DNA of 63,119 nt, filler included, from an uncultured Ignavibacteriales bacterium (GTDB lineage Bacteria > Zixibacteria > MSB-5A5 > GN15 > JAAZOE01): the NCBI GenBank assembly GCA_964611355.1. It is 4 parts of 4 records of this genome, joined end to end, with 100 filler letters (N's around TTAATTAATTAA, not from the genome) between each part and the next. Parts side by side here need not be neighbours in the genome. Positions count along the whole stretch, not along the records: positions 52,892 to 63,119 come from CAZSYD010000069.1; 3 more parts are not named here. One strand, 5' to 3'. Position 1 is the stretch's first letter; every line of letters starts with the position of its first letter. The notes below the pieces were generated by a model, which searched no databases, was not told the origin of the DNA, and saw only the letters and a list, made by a program, of their open reading frames with translations. Shown here in pieces: positions 60,400 to 63,119 of the stretch. The translations under genes were made by a program, and so were the position numbers.

Positions 60400-61584
60400 A
60401 TGAAAAATTTCATCCGGGTCTTTTTTCTGGTGCTCGACGCCTGCGGCGTGGGCGAACTTCCCGATGCCCGAGATTACGGCGATCAGGGCTCGGCAACGCT
60501 GCCGCATACCGCCGAAGCTGTCGGCGGACTGCGCCTGCCCAATCTTGAAAAATTGGGTCTGGGAAAAATAGCCGATATTTCCGGCGTGGAAAGCGGGATT
60601 GACGCATGCGCGGCCTACGGCAAAATGGCCGAGGTCTCGGCAGGAAAAGATTCCACCAGCGGACACTGGGAACATTTCGGCGTTATTCTGGAGAATCCCT
60701 TCCCGGTTTACCCCGACGGTTTCCCCGATAAAGTAATCGATGAGTTTACGCGCAGAACGGGATATGAGATTATCGGCAACAAGCCGGCTTCGGGAACCGA
60801 AATTATAGCCAGCCTGGGCGAGAAACATCTGGAAACGAAAAAGCTGATTGTCTACACTTCGGCCGATTCGGTTTTTCAAATAGCGGCCCACGAATCGATT
60901 GTGCCTCCCGAGGAGCTTTACCGCATCTGCCGCATCGCGCGGGAGATACTCACCGGCGAACATGGCGTCGGACGAGTGATCGCCCGCCCGTTTGAGGGCA
61001 AGCCGGGTTCATTTATTCGCACCAAACGGCGACGCGATTTTTCCATCGCTCCGCCAACTTCATTCGTAAACGAAAAACTAATTGAAACCGGCGTTGAGGT
61101 TCTGGCTATCGGCAAAATATACGACATCATGGCCTGCCGGGGAATAAACCGGACTATCAAGGCGGCCGGAAACATGGACATAATGGACAAATTGATCTCT
61201 GCGACGGGCAGCTTTCGGGCCGGTTTGGTAATGGCGAATCTCGGCGATTTCGATATGCTGTGGGGTCATCGCAACGACTATCGCTCCTTTGCGCGCGGAT
61301 TGGAAGAATTCGACGATCGGCTGGGTCAGCTTTTGCCTGAGTTAGGTGATGACGACCTGCTAATCATTACCGCCGATCACGGATGCGACCCGACCACGCC
61401 ATCCACCGATCACAGCCGGGAGTATGTTCCCCTGCTGGTTTATTATCGCGGTATGCCGACAAATATAAACCTGGGAACAAGACCGACTTTCGCCGATACC
61501 GGCAAAACGATTGCCGAAAACTTTGGTCTTGATTATCCTTTCCCCGGAAAATCTTTTTTGAGCCAAATACGACATGGAGCTTAA
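60400..61584 (+). CDS. deoB: Phosphopentomutase
   Basis: VLDACGVG, GKDSTSGHWE, YTSADSVFQIAAHE, RVIARPF, TADHGCDP, DHSREY. Confidence 0.95.
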   Translation: MKNFIRVFFLVLDACGVGELPDARDYGDQGSATLPHTAEAVGGLRLPNLEKLGLGKIADISGVESGIDACAAYGKMAEVSAGKDSTSGHWEHFGVILENPFPVYPDGFPDKVIDEFTRRTGYEIIGNKPASGTEIIASLGEKHLETKKLIVYTSADSVFQIAAHESIVPPEELYRICRIAREILTGEHGVGRVIARPFEGKPGSFIRTKRRRDFSIAPPTSFVNEKLIETGVEVLAIGKIYDIMACRGINRTIKAAGNMDIMDKLISATGSFRAGLVMANLGDFDMLWGHRNDYRSFARGLEEFDDRLGQLLPELGDDDLLIITADHGCDPTTPSTDHSREYVPLLVYYRGMPTNINLGTRPTFADTGKTIAENFGLDYPFPGKSFLSQIRHGA

Positions 61585-62236
61585 CAGCTACATCGATCAC
61601 ACTCTGCTCAGGCCAACCGCGACGGTAGCCGATATTGAAAATCTTTCCCGGGAAGCCATTGAATATCGGTTTTTCAGCGTGGTAATAAACCCGGTTTTCG
61701 TGCCCCGGGTCGCCAAAAATCTCAAGGGAACCGGCATCAGAACTTGTTCCGTGATTGCCTTCCCTTTGGGCGGCAATTTGACGGAAACAAAAGTATCCGA
61801 AGCAAAACAGGTAGAAGCCGTCGGCGCAGAAGAAATCGACGTGGTGGCCAACATCGGCTGGATTCAAGAGGGACGATTTGCGGAAGTTGCGTCTGAGCTT
61901 GCCGGAATCCGGCGCATACTATCGCCCGCAACGGTTATGAAAGTGATAATCGAAACGCCCGCCGTCGGGCCGGAGAAGTGGAAAGGCGCGGTCGAAGCCG
62001 TAATCCAATCCGGCGCAGATTTCGTCAAAAGCGCCACCGGATTTTTCGGCGCAACGCCGGTCGAGCAGATCAGACAGCTCTATGCCCTTGCCGATAAGCG
62101 CATAAAGATCAAGGCGGCCGGCGGCATAAAAACCGCCGCACAGGCTATCTCGATGATCGAAGCCGGGGCCATACGGCTGGGAAGTTCATCGTCTGTGGCA
62201 ATAATGAAAGATTTTCTGCAATCGGTAAATAAGTGA
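61574..62236 (+). CDS. deoC: Deoxyribose-phosphate aldolase
   Basis: IDHTLL, FPLG, KVIIE, FVKSATGF, KAAGGI, RLGSSS. Confidence 0.94.
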   Translation: MELNSYIDHTLLRPTATVADIENLSREAIEYRFFSVVINPVFVPRVAKNLKGTGIRTCSVIAFPLGGNLTETKVSEAKQVEAVGAEEIDVVANIGWIQEGRFAEVASELAGIRRILSPATVMKVIIETPAVGPEKWKGAVEAVIQSGADFVKSATGFFGATPVEQIRQLYALADKRIKIKAAGGIKTAAQAISMIEAGAIRLGSSSSVAIMKDFLQSVNK

Positions 62237-62349
62237 TGTCTGATCAGAGGCAAGCTCTTAATATAAGCGCGTTGGCTAAGGGTATTTCGCGGCCAAAAGA
62301 TTTGGATTTGTGATTGGACGATTATATATTGAGAAATCAGGCCGGAGAA

Positions 62350-62538
62350 ATGGATACCAAAGAGAAAAAGCGGCGCCCGCATTTAGGGATATATTTCAAA
62401 TGTTGCCGGGTATATTCATATATTTATCTGAATAAAGAGAAAACGGCCTTTATCGGCTGGTGTCCCAAATGCGCCGCCAAAGTCGAGATGAAAGTATCTC
62501 CAACCGGGTCAACCAGCAGATTTTTCTTCGCGGAATGA
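62350..62538 (+). CDS. Small Cys-rich hypothetical protein (62 aa)
   Basis: GGAG RBS; F.CC.VY..IY.N......G.CPKC....RFF pattern. Confidence 0.7.
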   Translation: MDTKEKKRRPHLGIYFKCCRVYSYIYLNKEKTAFIGWCPKCAAKVEMKVSPTGSTSRFFFAE

Positions 62539-62539
62539 T

Positions 62540-63088
62540 ATGGCTATCTTGAGAGCGAAAATAGTTGTCGTGCCTCTCGGCGAAACCGACCTGATGATAA
62601 TCAACCGTCTGGCCGGGTCGGTGGGCGGTATTTTCAACCGCGGCGTTGATATCCTCAAGGGCATGCAGATACCGATTGAAGCCTATAACGAAACCCGCAA
62701 CCAGTATTACGCCCGAGTAATCCTTTCCAAGCTGGAGCGGGTCAAAGCCAACAGCCGCGAACTGGTGATCGGTATATGCGAGGAGGAATTATATCTGCCG
62801 AACACGCATTTTATCTTGGGGTACGCCGACGCTCTCTCCGGCGCGGCGGTGGTATCCATGTTTCATTTCCGGCAGGAATTCTACGGACTGCCGGAAGATG
62901 AAAGCAAAGTTTACCCCCGCCTGTACAAGGAAATCATCCACCAGACGGCTTACCTGTATTCGATCAAGGCCTGTTCCAACCCATCCTGCGTCCATTACGA
63001 ATCCAGGGAAATGATAGATATCGATCACAAATCGATGCGGTTGTGCGATATCTGCACGCGGCAACTTCAAAAAGTATATACCTCATGA
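62540..63088 (+). CDS. Archaemetzincin (peptidase M54)-like protein with degenerate active site
   Basis: AYNETRNQY, FILGYA, FYGLPED, RLYKEIIH, C...SCV..D.K...CDIC. Confidence 0.8.
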   Translation: MAILRAKIVVVPLGETDLMIINRLAGSVGGIFNRGVDILKGMQIPIEAYNETRNQYYARVILSKLERVKANSRELVIGICEEELYLPNTHFILGYADALSGAAVVSMFHFRQEFYGLPEDESKVYPRLYKEIIHQTAYLYSIKACSNPSCVHYESREMIDIDHKSMRLCDICTRQLQKVYTS

Positions 63089-63119
63089 ACCTGCCGCAGG
63101 CGCTGGAATCGCTTAAGAC

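Overview
63-kb window from a moderately GC-rich diderm bacterium, probably an anaerobe. Dockerin-bearing secreted proteins and the gene repertoire suggest candidate phylum Zixibacteria or a related FCB-group lineage (inference). It is a concatenation of four contigs joined by artificial 100-nt N-TTAATTAATTAA-N linkers (17918-18017, 35597-35696, 52792-52891), so adjacency across these means nothing. Contig 1: a REP-like palindrome cluster; an archaeal-type HMG-CoA synthase/thiolase/DUF35 trio followed on the same strand by methylcrotonyl-CoA carboxylase and an enoyl-CoA hydratase, with no HMG-CoA lyase; a thiolase-hbd-2xACAD-bioY operon; a PrsW-like fusion, a ROK kinase, tRNA-Phe/Thr and a candidate sRNA. 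Contig 2: galT; a group 3b [NiFe]-hydrogenase operon with a perfect Rex-consensus operator; a repeat/ncRNA-rich intergenic region; two dockerin paralogs; mlaEFD, pcm, DUF116; a C25 peptidase-dockerin fusion; and a 'KSTGP' family gene whose 3' end recurs 10 kb away. Contig 3: TolB-like protein, OM barrel, nifJ, dcd, Rrf2, FAD/Fe-S oxidoreductase, cobO, trxB, a candidate sigma54 sRNA and two histidine kinases. Contig 4: TPR protein, tRNA-Ala, MFS, a GT-C-like gene flanked by a duplicated promoter, ECF sigma/anti-sigma/lipoprotein, deoBC and a catalytically degenerate archaemetzincin. Best leads: the HMG-CoA synthase plus MCC cluster without lyase, the non-cellulosomal dockerin proteins, three promoter-backed structured ncRNA candidates, and the possibly mobile KSTGP gene family. 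All calls come from reading motifs by eye; no database searches were run.
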